DNA of 64,000 nt from a bacterium (GCA_965216315.1 CBDCFN010000016.1:992001-1056000); one strand, 5' to 3'. Numbered from the stretch's first letter, positions 39,395 through 49,235 are shown. The notes: generated by a model not told the origin, from the sequence alone. Program-made: numbers and translations.

Positions 39395-40264
39395 TTAATC
39401 TATTGTCGGCTCGACTTTTTCCAGCCGGGCGATACGAATGCAGCCGTAGATGACGATGCCAGTTCCGATCACTGAGAGTACCGTGGGTATTTCATTCCAA
39501 AAGATGATGCCGATAATAAAGGAAAAAACGACGCTGATGTACGACAAAGGCGCGAGGCGCGAGGCATCGTCAAGGCCGTAGGCCTGGCTGATAAAGACTT
39601 GCGCGAGTGTTCCGGTTATTCCGGCGGCAATCAAGAAACTCCATTCATTCAGCATTGGCGCGACAGAGTCGTATAAGACAAATGGAAAAGTAATGAGTGA
39701 TGATAGCGCCAATAGATAGAAGGTAATGCGCAAAGGATTTTCACTGCGGCGTAGAACCCGCATACTGATAACGTCGATTGATGAAAAGACGGCGGCGAGC
39801 AGCGCGATAAAACCGGCAAAATTCATTACCTGTACTTGCGGTTGGAGAATAATCAGTATGCCGATCCACGCGAGGATAATCAGCATAATGAGTTGACGTG
39901 TCGGTCGCTCTTTAAGGAAGAGGATGGAAAGAATGGCGACAAAAAGGGGGAAGGTCATGATGAGCATGACGGCATCGCTCAAACTGAGATGGCTCAGTCC
40001 ATAGAAGTTACAGCAGATCGCAAGAAATCCGGAAATGGAGCGAAGCGTAATCATCGGATAGTTCGTGCTGCGAAATGAAAGTCCTTTGAGCGGGAGCACG
40101 AACGCCAAAATCAGTACGGATACCAACGATCGTATGAAGACGATTTCGAGGAGGGGAATGCGTGGGGCGGCGGCCTTGACGCAGGCGTCCATAATGGTGA
40201 AGCACAGGGCGCCGAGGATGATCAGGAAGCGTCCATGCTGCCAGGCTCCGGTGATTGCTTTCAT
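39395..40264 (-). CDS. DMT/EamA family transporter
   Basis: About ten TM helices; LSILFLKE and IFWNEIP motifs. Confidence 0.9.
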   Translation of the reverse strand: MKAITGAWQHGRFLIILGALCFTIMDACVKAAAPRIPLLEIVFIRSLVSVLILAFVLPLKGLSFRSTNYPMITLRSISGFLAICCNFYGLSHLSLSDAVMLIMTFPLFVAILSILFLKERPTRQLIMLIILAWIGILIILQPQVQVMNFAGFIALLAAVFSSIDVISMRVLRRSENPLRITFYLLALSSLITFPFVLYDSVAPMLNEWSFLIAAGITGTLAQVFISQAYGLDDASRLAPLSYISVVFSFIIGIIFWNEIPTVLSVIGTGIVIYGCIRIARLEKVEPTID

Positions 40265-40401
40265 CGCATTATCGGATAGTAGAAATCCCCAATAATTTCA
40301 ATCATTTAAATTTAAACATTTAAATAAATATTGAATTATCTTGACGCGAGCTTATTAAATGATTAAATAATTATTGAAACATTGAACTAAGGAGGGGGGC
40401 A

Positions 40402-40692
40402 ATGTCGGGTGAAATTGGCAAGATATTTAAGGCGATCGCGGATGGGACGCGGCGTCAGATTTTGGAGGTCCTCAGGCAGGGTGAACTCTCTGCCGGGGCC
40501 ATTGCAAAACGCTTTGAGATGACGAAACCGGCTATTTCTCATCATCTCTCCGCGCTCAAGGAAGCGGGATTGGTGATTGATAAGCGAAAGGGTCAAAAGA
40601 TCATCTATTCGATCAAGCAGGATTCAATAGTCGCGGTTTGGGATGATTTTCTCGCGAAATTCTGCCCCGACCGCAAGGCCAAAAGGAGGTGA
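40402..40692 (+). CDS. ArsR/SmtB family repressor (SdpR-like)
   Basis: FKAIADGTRRQILEVL, TKPAISHHLSALKEAGLV..RKGQ. Confidence 0.9.
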   Translation: MSGEIGKIFKAIADGTRRQILEVLRQGELSAGAIAKRFEMTKPAISHHLSALKEAGLVIDKRKGQKIIYSIKQDSIVAVWDDFLAKFCPDRKAKRR

Positions 40693-40694
40693 CT

Positions 40695-40796
40695 ATGATA
40701 CTCGTAGGTAAGACCCTGATGCTCCTGTGGCTCGGGTTCATCCTGTTTGGGGTCATCGGCGGCCTCGTCGATGAGAATCTCAAACGGGCCCACTAG
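40695..40796 (+). CDS. 33-aa single-TM small protein
   Basis: Hand translation MILVGKTLMLLWLGFILFGVIGGLVDENLKRAH; AGGAGGT SD overlapping the ArsR stop. Confidence 0.55.
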   Translation: MILVGKTLMLLWLGFILFGVIGGLVDENLKRAH

Positions 40797-40894
40797 CCCA
40801 GGGAGCTTTCTATAATTATATATAACTTAACCTAATTATATATAATTATATCCCGCTATTTTCGATTTTTCGACAAGAAGTCTCCGCCCGTTCA

Positions 40895-40921
40895 ACAACA
40901 ATCCCTAAAATTCGCCGATAA
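40895..40921 (+). promoter_or_regulatory. Putative alternative-sigma promoter ACAAC-N14-GCCGATAA
   Basis: Exact sigma28-type -10 element; same spacing as other copies. Confidence 0.65.
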
Positions 40922-40939
40922 CAAAGATGAGGTAAGACT

Positions 40940-41239
40940 ATGAAACGTATCATCTTTCTATGGGGATTCTTGGGGTTCTTCGGAGGCTTCGGCACCCTCT
41001 ATGCGGGCGCAAGTTCCTTGGCGGTGGAGAGCCAACAGCACGCGCGGCAACTCGTCTTAGTCGACCCGAGCGGATGGCACCTTGGCGCTATGGCAGCCAC
41101 GATCTTTCGTGAGGACCCCGAGGACAATAATGATCCCATCGTTTTAGCTCGGGATCCCAAGGCGACGGGTTGGCAACCGGCCGTGTGGTGTGCCCCGGGC
41201 AAGGCCGCTATTGGGATGAAGGCGGTGATTTCATTTTGA
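40940..41239 (+). CDS. Small secreted hypothetical protein (possibly truncated)
   Basis: Signal-peptide-like N-terminus; GAGGT SD. Confidence 0.5.
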   Translation: MKRIIFLWGFLGFFGGFGTLYAGASSLAVESQQHARQLVLVDPSGWHLGAMAATIFREDPEDNNDPIVLARDPKATGWQPAVWCAPGKAAIGMKAVISF

Positions 41240-41276
41240 CAATCATGTCGCAAGATAGGTAGCTCATTGCCTAGGC

Positions 41277-41558
41277 ATGAATCTATCCGAACTCCGCGAT
41301 CTGCTCAGTCTCGTTGGCACCGTGTTTGTCATGGTGCTCGTCCTGGTTATTCCCATTTATTTAATAGCGATTCGGAAACCTAAAAAAGCGGTGCTCCGGG
41401 TGCTCTGGGCTCTGTTTTGGCGCGGGCCGGTTCTGGTGTTATTGGGAGCCACGCTTTATCCTGAAATGAGTGTTCTTTCGGCCGTACTGGTTTTGGTCAT
41501 TATTGTCGGCCCGCTGGAGTTAAGGGCGCGGTTTGTTCCGGAAAGTTTTTTAGAGTAG
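41277..41558 (+). CDS. Small membrane protein
   Basis: Three hydrophobic segments. Confidence 0.55.
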   Translation: MNLSELRDLLSLVGTVFVMVLVLVIPIYLIAIRKPKKAVLRVLWALFWRGPVLVLLGATLYPEMSVLSAVLVLVIIVGPLELRARFVPESFLE

Positions 41559-41608
41559 GACCTTTTGTCATCTTCCGCATCAAAGCCTATGCAAACAAAA
41601 AGGAGTCC

Positions 41609-41998
41609 ATGATGAGATATTTGGCGATAGCACTCTGTTTAGGGTTTATGGCTTGCTCGAGTGTAGCTAAAGAAGAATTGCCAACAATTTCAACGGGTGA
41701 TCTTGCCGCGGGAATAGCTGCTAAATCGCTCATGGTCATCGACAATAATACTCCGGAAATTTTTGCTAAAAATCACATTCCGACGGCCGTGCATATGGAT
41801 CCCCGCAATCCGGATCTAAAATTATTTCCGACGGATAAGGATGCCAAGCTGGTTTTTTATTGCAAAAATACATGGTGCATGGCGTCACATGCCGGTGCGC
41901 GTCATGCGCTCAAAGCGGGCTACAAGAACGCGCACGTCTATCCCGACGGAATCGACGGCTGGATCAAAGCCGGACAACGCGTTGAATCAAACCCATAA
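41609..41998 (+). CDS. Rhodanese-like domain lipoprotein
   Basis: FMAC lipobox; HIPTA, VFYC...C..S, DGIDGW. Confidence 0.88.
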   Translation: MMRYLAIALCLGFMACSSVAKEELPTISTGDLAAGIAAKSLMVIDNNTPEIFAKNHIPTAVHMDPRNPDLKLFPTDKDAKLVFYCKNTWCMASHAGARHALKAGYKNAHVYPDGIDGWIKAGQRVESNP

Positions 41999-42062
41999 GT
42001 CTATTCGCATGCTTCAGCCTTCCATTGAGGCGAGTCGCTATAATACTCTATAATAAGGGGGT

Positions 42063-43250
42063 ATGAGATGGGCTTCCGCCGTATCGGGTCATAAGAGCAT
42101 TCGCAAGGCCGTCGCACAGACTTCCCAAGAAATTCAATCTCAACTGGAAGGACGCCGTCCCGATTTAATCCTTATTTTTGTTTCGGATTATTTTGCCGCC
42201 GACTACGAAAAAATTCCGAATCTCGTCGCGGAATTCGCGAATGGTGCGATGATTGTCGGCTGTTCCGCTGGAGGCGTTATCGGTGGCGGGCGTGAAGTGG
42301 AACAGGGGCCAGGTTTTTCGATGACCGCTGCACTGCTTCCAGGCGTCGATATCATACCACTTCGCATGCAGACCAATTTAATTCCAGATGAGGAGGCCTC
42401 CTTGCAAGAATGGGAGGCTGTGCTTCACCTGAAGACCGATATGAATCCTGAGTTTGTCCTCTTACCTGAGCCATACTCTTTCGACGTGGAATATTTTTTA
42501 AAAGGTCTCGATAAATCGTTTCCGCAAAGCCAAAAAGTAGGGGGGATGGTGAGTGGTGATTATGACAGAGGGGGACATGCGATGTTCCTGGGAAAAAAAG
42601 TCTATCGCGAGGGCATGATTGGGATAGCTATGTCGGGAAATGTGACCGTCGATACACTTGTGGCGCAGGGGTGTCGTCCCGTTGGCCACCCCATGTTTGT
42701 CACTCGTTGTGAAGAAAATATTCTTTATGAACTCGATGGTCAGGAGCCGGTGGCAGCCATGCGAGATCTCTATAATGAAATGGATGAGGCCGATCAGGAG
42801 TTGTTCTCAACCTCTTTGTTTATCGGTGTCGTCATGAAAGATTCTCTTCAGGAGTATAAACAGGGCGACTTCTTGATTCGAAATATTATCGGTATTGAAA
42901 CCGAGACAGGGGCCTTAATAACAGGCGCCGATGTTCATGAAAATTCCGTTGTCCAGTTTCATCTTCGCGATGCGGCGACATCAGATGCGGACTTGACGGC
43001 ATTACTGACGCAGTATGTGAAAGGAAGTGGAAAGGGAACCGCGCGGGGTTCGTTATTGTTTTCTTGTTTGGGTCGCGGCATGGATCTCTATGGTTGCCCC
43101 AATCATGATACGGACTTATTGAAAAAATACTTGGGAGAGCTGCCGGTAGGAGGTTTCTTTTGTAATGGGGAAATCGGTCCGGTTCAAGGGAGTACCTTCT
43201 TGCACGGATATACCAGCTCGTTCGGATTTTTCAGGAGCCGTCGTTCCTGA
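42063..43250 (+). CDS. FIST N/C-domain signal transduction protein
   Basis: GCSAGGVIG, VAQGCRPVG, FLIRNIIG, FSCLGRG, GFFCNGEIGP. Confidence 0.92.
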   Translation: MRWASAVSGHKSIRKAVAQTSQEIQSQLEGRRPDLILIFVSDYFAADYEKIPNLVAEFANGAMIVGCSAGGVIGGGREVEQGPGFSMTAALLPGVDIIPLRMQTNLIPDEEASLQEWEAVLHLKTDMNPEFVLLPEPYSFDVEYFLKGLDKSFPQSQKVGGMVSGDYDRGGHAMFLGKKVYREGMIGIAMSGNVTVDTLVAQGCRPVGHPMFVTRCEENILYELDGQEPVAAMRDLYNEMDEADQELFSTSLFIGVVMKDSLQEYKQGDFLIRNIIGIETETGALITGADVHENSVVQFHLRDAATSDADLTALLTQYVKGSGKGTARGSLLFSCLGRGMDLYGCPNHDTDLLKKYLGELPVGGFFCNGEIGPVQGSTFLHGYTSSFGFFRSRRS

Positions 43251-44046
43251 CTTGAATGGTGACGGGTTCATTTAACTCACTGTCTAAGACTTCAAGCGCC
43301 GAACCGTTGCGCGCCGAAATTTCGAGAAAACCCGTCGATCCCCAGACGGCCAACAAGGATTCGCGCGCGGCCTGTTCATAAGTGCGTCCGAGCGGGATTT
43401 CCCAGTCGGCGATTTCAATCAGGCCGGCCTTCGTTTTAATGGATTGTTGATAGTCATCAAGGTGGATGTTGGTGATGAGGTTGCCGAAGCGGTCGATATG
43501 CATGACTTGCCCGTTGAGGCCGATCTCGGCGCTGTACTCGGCGTTGGGAGCCGAGAGCTTTTGGGGTTTGCCCTGAAGGGCCTCGCCGAGTGAATCCATG
43601 TTGCCATCCTGCGCAAGGTGGGCGGCGCAGGGGGCAAAAATATCGCGGCCGTGAAAGGTGGCGCTGACGGGATGACGCCACAAGCGTTCATTAGAGAGGT
43701 GAACAATGCGCTTAACGGCTTCCCGTTCGTAAATATATGAAAAAATGCCGTTATCGGGGCCAATGAAGTAATAGCTGCCGGCTTCGACGGCGATCGGCAA
43801 GCGCTTGCCCCCGACGCCCGGGTCGACCACACAGACAAAAATCGTTCCTTCCGGATAATCCCGATAGATCATTCGGAGCACAAAGGCGGCCTGCAAGATA
43901 TTCTGGGGGCGAATATGATGGCAGATGTCGATGATGGGCACGTCGGAGGCGACGTTATAGATCGCGGCCTTGAGGCTGCCCACGTAAGTATCCGTCGTGC
44001 CGAAGTCAGTCAGGAGCGCGATGGGCCGGAGCGAAGTGTTTGACAT
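43231..44046 (-). CDS. SAM hydroxide adenosyltransferase / chlorinase-fluorinase family (DUF62)
   Basis: LLTDFG, VVDPGVG, GPDNG, TFHGRDIFAP, IDRFGNLITN. Confidence 0.92.
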   Translation of the reverse strand: MSNTSLRPIALLTDFGTTDTYVGSLKAAIYNVASDVPIIDICHHIRPQNILQAAFVLRMIYRDYPEGTIFVCVVDPGVGGKRLPIAVEAGSYYFIGPDNGIFSYIYEREAVKRIVHLSNERLWRHPVSATFHGRDIFAPCAAHLAQDGNMDSLGEALQGKPQKLSAPNAEYSAEIGLNGQVMHIDRFGNLITNIHLDDYQQSIKTKAGLIEIADWEIPLGRTYEQAARESLLAVWGSTGFLEISARNGSALEVLDSELNEPVTIQVRNDGS

Positions 44047-44222
44047 AGTCTCCCTCAATACCGGATTCGGTCGAACCGGCCAAGCTTTTTAACGTCGTAT
44101 GCAGTAGCTTTTGACCCTCCCTGTCAAACTCTTGCCGTTACCGGATAGATCGTTTTTGCGGGTGCAATCGAAAGTCGAAGTTATTTCTTACACTTAGTCG
44201 CATAGGGGTCCTGCGTCAGCGC

Positions 44223-44238
44223 TGGCATGAATATTGCT
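44223..44238 (+). promoter_or_regulatory. sigma54 promoter
   Basis: TGGCAT-GAATA-TTGCT. Confidence 0.65.
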
Positions 44239-44284
44239 CATTTTATAATGAGTGTGAGCGGGGTGGCGTAAGGACGATAGAGCG

Positions 44285-44530
44285 ATGATCAAAAAAACCG
44301 TCCGGGTATTGATTATTATTGCCGTTTTAATCCCTTTTTTCGGCGACAGTACCGCTCTAAGTGCAGCAAACAGTTACGGTGAAGTGTCATGGCGGCCGAC
44401 ACTTTGGGAGTTGTCCTGGGTGCTTTGGGCCCTTCTGGCGATTTTTGCAGTGCGGAAGAAGCGCTACCACCGTGATGCCAGTTTGCATTGTCACGAGCAT
44501 CTCTATTCAGATCGCCATTGGCACCTCTAA
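44285..44530 (+). CDS. Small membrane protein with His-rich C-terminus
   Basis: Signal peptide, TM segment, basic RKKRY and His-rich tail; follows a sigma54 site. Confidence 0.55.
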   Translation: MIKKTVRVLIIIAVLIPFFGDSTALSAANSYGEVSWRPTLWELSWVLWALLAIFAVRKKRYHRDASLHCHEHLYSDRHWHL

Positions 44531-44579
44531 TGTAATCGCTTGCCTTACTATTCCACTATCCATTATTGGGTTCATCTCT

Positions 44580-44768
44580 ATGGAGGCCGTGCAACAGACA
44601 TTCAACTGTCCTTACTGCGGGGAATCAATTTCGGTGGTACTCGATTTATCCGTGGATGCGCAGTCTTATATTGAAGACTGCGAAGTTTGTTGTCGCCCGA
44701 TTGAACTCCATTATACCGTTGCAAACGCTGACTCTATTGCCTCATTTGAAGCGCGGAGGAGTCAATGA
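44580..44768 (+). CDS. CPXCG motif-containing cysteine-rich protein
   Basis: CPYCGE...QSYIEDCEVCCRPI. Confidence 0.9.
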   Translation: MEAVQQTFNCPYCGESISVVLDLSVDAQSYIEDCEVCCRPIELHYTVANADSIASFEARRSQ

Positions 44769-45427
44769 ATCAGGCGTTTCCTGTTCTCTATACTTTTAGG
44801 CGCTGCCCTTATGCGATCCGGGCCCGGATGACGCTCGCTTATGCGGGCATCAATTTTGAAGTGAGGGAAGTGGTCTTGAGAGACAAGCCACAAGAGATGC
44901 TTATGCTCTCGCCCAAGGGAACGGTGCCCGTGATGCAGTTAACTGACGGGACGGTGCTGGAAGAGAGTCTTGATATCATGAAATGGGCACTTCGACAATC
45001 GGACCCCGATGGTTGGAATCTATCTAATGCTTCTGTCCGTGCGATGATAGATCAGCTGATTGAAGAAAATGATTTTTCTTTCAAACCTTCGCTCGATGGT
45101 TACAAATATCCCCGAGGCAGTCCGGAAAAAACGGCCGAGGAGCATCGGGATGCCGGCGCGGTTTTCTTGGCCGCATTAGAAAGGCGACTGCAAAAATCCG
45201 ATTATCTGTTGGGTGAAACGATTTCCTTGGCGGATGTCGCGCTTTTTCCCTTTGTACGTCAGTTTGCCGGAGTGGACCAGGAGTGGTTTAAGTCATCGAC
45301 CTTTGTCAACTTACGCGCTTGGCTGCATTTTTTTGTCGAGCATCCGCTCTTTACACGAGTGATGCAGAAATATCCGCCGTGGCGGGCCGGAGACGCCCCT
45401 GTGTTCTTTAATAATTTATCAAAATGA
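44765..45427 (+). CDS. Glutathione S-transferase
   Basis: LYTFRRCPYAIRAR, SPKGTVPV, ESLDIM, LADVALFPFVRQFA. Confidence 0.92.
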   Translation: MNQAFPVLYTFRRCPYAIRARMTLAYAGINFEVREVVLRDKPQEMLMLSPKGTVPVMQLTDGTVLEESLDIMKWALRQSDPDGWNLSNASVRAMIDQLIEENDFSFKPSLDGYKYPRGSPEKTAEEHRDAGAVFLAALERRLQKSDYLLGETISLADVALFPFVRQFAGVDQEWFKSSTFVNLRAWLHFFVEHPLFTRVMQKYPPWRAGDAPVFFNNLSK

Positions 45428-45522
45428 TAAATTTATCATATTGATAAAAATTCCTGGTTCCAATAAAATATAAAACTATATGATATTAAATGGTAATCCG
45501 CGATCAAGTGCCGTGGGCTCAA

Positions 45523-45538
45523 TGGCACTGAAATTGCA
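45523..45538 (+). promoter_or_regulatory. sigma54 promoter
   Basis: TGGCAC-TGAAA-TTGCA. Confidence 0.8.
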
Positions 45539-45577
45539 GTATTTTCTTGGTGCAAGCGCATGGAGAGGAGAATACAC

Positions 45578-47368
45578 ATGAAACAATACCGATCCATCGC
45601 TTGTCTTTTTTTGCTTATCCTCTTAACGATTCCGACCGATATTCTTGCCGGACCCTTTTGTGAAACCACGGAAAGGGGCTGCGCTGCGGGGCAGTACTGG
45701 GCCGGGTGGCCCGCCTGTCCGGCCACGGGATATCAACCGGGACTCGTGCTGAATAATTGTGAAAACCTATGCATCTGTTCCTATTGTCCGGGACGTAGTT
45801 GTGAAGCCGAGTGTGAAAGCCGATACGGTTCCACGAGTTTTCAGGTCGACAGTGCCGAGGTTGCGCGACGCATCGAACAGCTTGATTGCCGCGCGGTGGG
45901 CTATGGCTGTTCCGAACCTTTTGTCGTCGTCATGACAGATTACGGAGCGGACTGTCGTTGTCCGGCAGGTTCTTATCAGGACGGTGATAGCTGTGTTTGT
46001 CGGGGCGGTGGCACGATGGTGGACGGTGTTTGCATGTGTCCTGGTGGCACGACGCGAGTGCGCGCCGACGGGACGTGTCCGGCGACACCCCCGCCGACCG
46101 ACAGCGCGTGTTTGGCTCCGGTCACGGACACGTGCAGTGCTCAATTGCGCATGCTGGAATTCGCTAAGACCCGGTTCCGCCGCGGGAGTGGTGACTATCT
46201 AACGGCGTACTGGAATTATTGGTGCGGTTGCAAGACGGAAGGGCGCACCGAGGTCTGCGGTTGCTTGAGGGGTGGACCCGATGCGCGCGGCGTGGCGGAT
46301 CCTGAGGGACTTTGTGATGCGGGAACCCCGAAACCGGCGGATTATTGTCCGAGCTGTGCGGAGCCGATGACACTCGTGGATGGAAGCTGTGTGTGTGCAC
46401 CCCCTCGTATAACGGCGGCGGATGGCACTTGTCAGTACCCGGTTGACCGGGAGCGAGACAGGTTGCCATGTTCCCGTCCGCAAATACGCAATGCCGACGG
46501 TGCCTGTGTTTGTCCCGCGCCGGCGACGATGGTAGGCGGGGTCTGCATTTGTCCCGATGGAACGACTTCGATGACTGAGGAGGGCCTCTGTCCGGTGACG
46601 GCCCGTGAGGAGGGTAGTACGCCCGGAACACCCGGAACCGAAATTCCGTGTCCTCCGGGAACGGTGAGGACGGAATCGGGTTGTGACCCGGTTCCCCCAC
46701 GTGTTCCCGGATCGAGTGATGGGCCGCGCTCAGGCGATCTTTTGCCGAGAGATCCGGCGACCGCGACGCCTCCTGCGCAAGGTTCCGATGAGCCACAAGG
46801 GAAGAGTACCGCTCTCGATTGTGGTGCCGCGGTTCAACTGCTGATACCGGAAGCCTACGAACTGCCCGATGGGACTCAAGCGATCGATTCTTATGGTGCC
46901 GCCCAACTGACAGTGTATCCGGATAAATTCCCTGCTCCCAGTCGATCTCCGGAGGTTGCGGATGATCGGCTTCGCTTGGTCAGTGACGCACCGGTTTCGA
47001 TTGACGTCTCCCTCAATCAGGTCAGTGGTTTTGCTCCCCGCGAGATTACCCTGAAATCGGGCGTAGCGGATGATGACGCGGCTAAGGATGCCGCTTCAAT
47101 GCCGGTGGCTCAGATTGAAGGTGCGATCCAAAGCAGGACGACGCACTTTTCGAGCTCACTGCGTACCAATCGTCCCCAGGTCCTTTCCATTGATTTTGGC
47201 ATGGCGCCGGCTAATTGGGATCAGTACATCCAAGGGCGTTACGGTGCGGATCACAACTTCGAGATGCATTTCCTAGTCAATGGAAAGCCTCATGTCTGTC
47301 AATTTAATGTCCCTCAGGTCTTGGCCAGCGTCGAGGGAGGAGCTTGCTCCCTGATACGCCGACCTTAA
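45578..47368 (+). CDS. Secreted cysteine-rich repeat protein ending in GGACSLIRRP
   Basis: Signal peptide; repeated DG.C.C.. and CP.GT motifs; GAGGAG SD. Confidence 0.8.
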   Translation: MKQYRSIACLFLLILLTIPTDILAGPFCETTERGCAAGQYWAGWPACPATGYQPGLVLNNCENLCICSYCPGRSCEAECESRYGSTSFQVDSAEVARRIEQLDCRAVGYGCSEPFVVVMTDYGADCRCPAGSYQDGDSCVCRGGGTMVDGVCMCPGGTTRVRADGTCPATPPPTDSACLAPVTDTCSAQLRMLEFAKTRFRRGSGDYLTAYWNYWCGCKTEGRTEVCGCLRGGPDARGVADPEGLCDAGTPKPADYCPSCAEPMTLVDGSCVCAPPRITAADGTCQYPVDRERDRLPCSRPQIRNADGACVCPAPATMVGGVCICPDGTTSMTEEGLCPVTAREEGSTPGTPGTEIPCPPGTVRTESGCDPVPPRVPGSSDGPRSGDLLPRDPATATPPAQGSDEPQGKSTALDCGAAVQLLIPEAYELPDGTQAIDSYGAAQLTVYPDKFPAPSRSPEVADDRLRLVSDAPVSIDVSLNQVSGFAPREITLKSGVADDDAAKDAASMPVAQIEGAIQSRTTHFSSSLRTNRPQVLSIDFGMAPANWDQYIQGRYGADHNFEMHFLVNGKPHVCQFNVPQVLASVEGGACSLIRRP

Positions 47369-47597
47369 GAGATCTTCGCTCATAGCTTTTGACAGGACAG
47401 AAAGAGGGTGCTACGGTCCGCCGCATCTCTCAGGGCTAGCAGGAACCTCAATTCCGTTTAGGAGGGGGTGACAGCGAGCGAAGCGAGTGTCCTCAGGGGG
47501 AACACCGTTCCCCCTAGGAAAGTTGTTTCACGTTATTGAAGTGAGGATGGTTGACGTGCTTCGCGCGTAGCGAAGCCCTCGAGAGCAATATAGATAT

Positions 47598-47669
47598 TCC
47601 GGGGTAGCTCAGCGGCAGAGTAGGTGGCTGTTAACCACTTGGTCGTGGGTTCGAATCCCACCCCCGGAG
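47598..47669 (+). tRNA. tRNA-Asn (GTT), CCA not encoded
   Basis: Acceptor stem TCCGGGG/CCCCGGA, D arm, anticodon loop CTGTTAA, T arm GTGGGTTCGAATCCCAC. Confidence 0.97.
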
Positions 47670-47870
47670 CATAAAAATCCGTTGGACCCTTCTGGGTCCG
47701 GCGGATTTTTTTTGTTTCGTGGTGGGTGAGACCCCCAACTGTGTTGGAAGGTTCGACGAGCGCTTCGCCGAAGGCGAAGACTTACGAAGTGCAATCGTCA
47801 TAAAGACGATTGCCTCCCTCCGAAGCGGGGAGTCCGCCAGCGGCGGACGAGCAAATCCCACCCCCGGAGC
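47649..47870 (+). repeat. 222-bp structured tRNA-tail unit, copy 1 (identical to 61632-61853)
   Basis: Direct comparison; six hairpins between two tRNA 3'-end copies. Confidence 0.9.
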
Positions 47871-48990
47871 AAATTATCCCCTCTAAGTCATTGTACTTGG
47901 AGGGGATTTTTTTAGGTCGTGACAAGTGGTCACCATTTGGTCGCCACATGGGCTGAACTGTTGCGTGTGACTCCGAAATAAATTCCTGACCGACGTTCAC
48001 GCCTCGATTGACCTTCTCGCGCCACTCACTCATCTGCTCAGGAATCATGTGCGTGTAGTGATCGGTAATGCCGCTGGTCTTTTGTCCGACCCATTCCATT
48101 AGTGTCTTCTTGTCGACACCGGCTTTTAGCATACGCGAAATGTACGTGTGCCGCAGCTGATGCAGGGTCCGTTCAAACTTGTGATCGGACTTGAAGGTAT
48201 ACCATTGATGTTCAAAGGCCTTACGGGTCCCGCTCAAAATGGATTCGCAGGGAATTGTCGGAATCAGTTCCATGATAACGTCGGGCAGCGGGACCACGCG
48301 GGCCCGATAGGTCTTGGTTGTTGCGCCCTCGACAGACTTGATCCGAACTACGCCCAGGCGCAGGTCAAAATCAGATTTTTTGAGCTGCGCTAGCTCGCCC
48401 ATCCGCATCCCCGTGTTGTAAAGCACAAGGCAGACACGTTTCACCTCTTCCTGCGCGTTGCGCATCACGAAGCGGAACTCTTCGTCCGTCCACGGAACTT
48501 GCTGGATCTTTGGTGTGTTGCGCGGCTTCTCGACGCCCTCAACGGGATTTTCAAAGGCAAAGCCATTGTCGATGGCCTTTTTGAACATGGTATTGAGGAT
48601 GCCTAAGTCATTGCGTACCGTCTTGGCCGAACGACCCAAAGCGCGCCGGTGGTTTCTAAAAGCGACCACATCCGCGCGGTCAATGTTGCAGACCAGCATG
48701 TCCTTGAAGAAAGAGACAAAGTTGGAACGGATCCGATAACAGGAACTACGCAGATAGCGCTCGGATTTTTCGCGGAAGTGATTCTCAATGAAAAGCTCAG
48801 CGTAGTCAGCGAAGGGAATCGGCTCGACGCTCTCCATGCCGGCGCGGCGGCGCCCCAGGTAGTCTTCCTTGAGCCGCAGAAACTCCTTGGCGTTCTGACG
48901 GTCCTTGAACGACTGCGTGTACCTAACGCCAGCCTCGCGCCAGTCGACGACCCAGCGCTTGCGATTTTTGCGATACCGAATCACGGCCAT
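47782..48990 (-). CDS. int: Tyrosine recombinase/integrase; ORF spans the att site
   Basis: TGMRMGEL, TKT, LHQLRHTY, TDHYTH catalytic motifs; arm-binding-like N-terminus. Confidence 0.93.
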   Translation of the reverse strand: MAVIRYRKNRKRWVVDWREAGVRYTQSFKDRQNAKEFLRLKEDYLGRRRAGMESVEPIPFADYAELFIENHFREKSERYLRSSCYRIRSNFVSFFKDMLVCNIDRADVVAFRNHRRALGRSAKTVRNDLGILNTMFKKAIDNGFAFENPVEGVEKPRNTPKIQQVPWTDEEFRFVMRNAQEEVKRVCLVLYNTGMRMGELAQLKKSDFDLRLGVVRIKSVEGATTKTYRARVVPLPDVIMELIPTIPCESILSGTRKAFEHQWYTFKSDHKFERTLHQLRHTYISRMLKAGVDKKTLMEWVGQKTSGITDHYTHMIPEQMSEWREKVNRGVNVGQEFISESHATVQPMWRPNGDHLSRPKKIPSKYNDLEGIICSGGGICSSAAGGLPASEGGNRLYDDCTS

Positions 48991-49174
48991 GTTGTCTGTA
49001 CCTCTCGATGTCTCTTATGACCTCGCTGACCTTAAAGAGCCAGCGCCGGCCCGCCTTATAGCCGGTGATGATGCCCTGGGCGGCCCAGCGATAGAGCGTG
49101 TCCTTGGGAACCGGCACGACTTGGAAGGCTACCAGCTGGTCCAGGGTCACGAACTTTTCCGGTTCTCGATTCAT
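48923..49174 (-). CDS. Excisionase-like HTH protein
   Basis: KDTLYRWAAQGIITGYKAGRRWLF; overlaps the integrase start. Confidence 0.8.
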   Translation of the reverse strand: MNREPEKFVTLDQLVAFQVVPVPKDTLYRWAAQGIITGYKAGRRWLFKVSEVIRDIERYRQHGRDSVSQKSQALGRRLARGWR

Positions 49175-49219
49175 TAACTTTATTCTCGCTCTGAGGCAAC
49201 TAGGCCCTGAGAATAGAGT

Positions 49220-49235
49220 TGCATGCGGTGTGCCA
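49220..49235 (-). promoter_or_regulatory. sigma54-like promoter upstream of xis-int
   Basis: Minus strand TGGCAC-ACCGC-ATGCA, 45 nt before the xis ATG. Confidence 0.5.

Noticed and set aside
43231..44046. Fluorinase/chlorinase biosynthetic cluster
   Set aside because: Stand-alone DUF62-type gene with no biosynthetic neighbours; SAM hydrolase is the usual function
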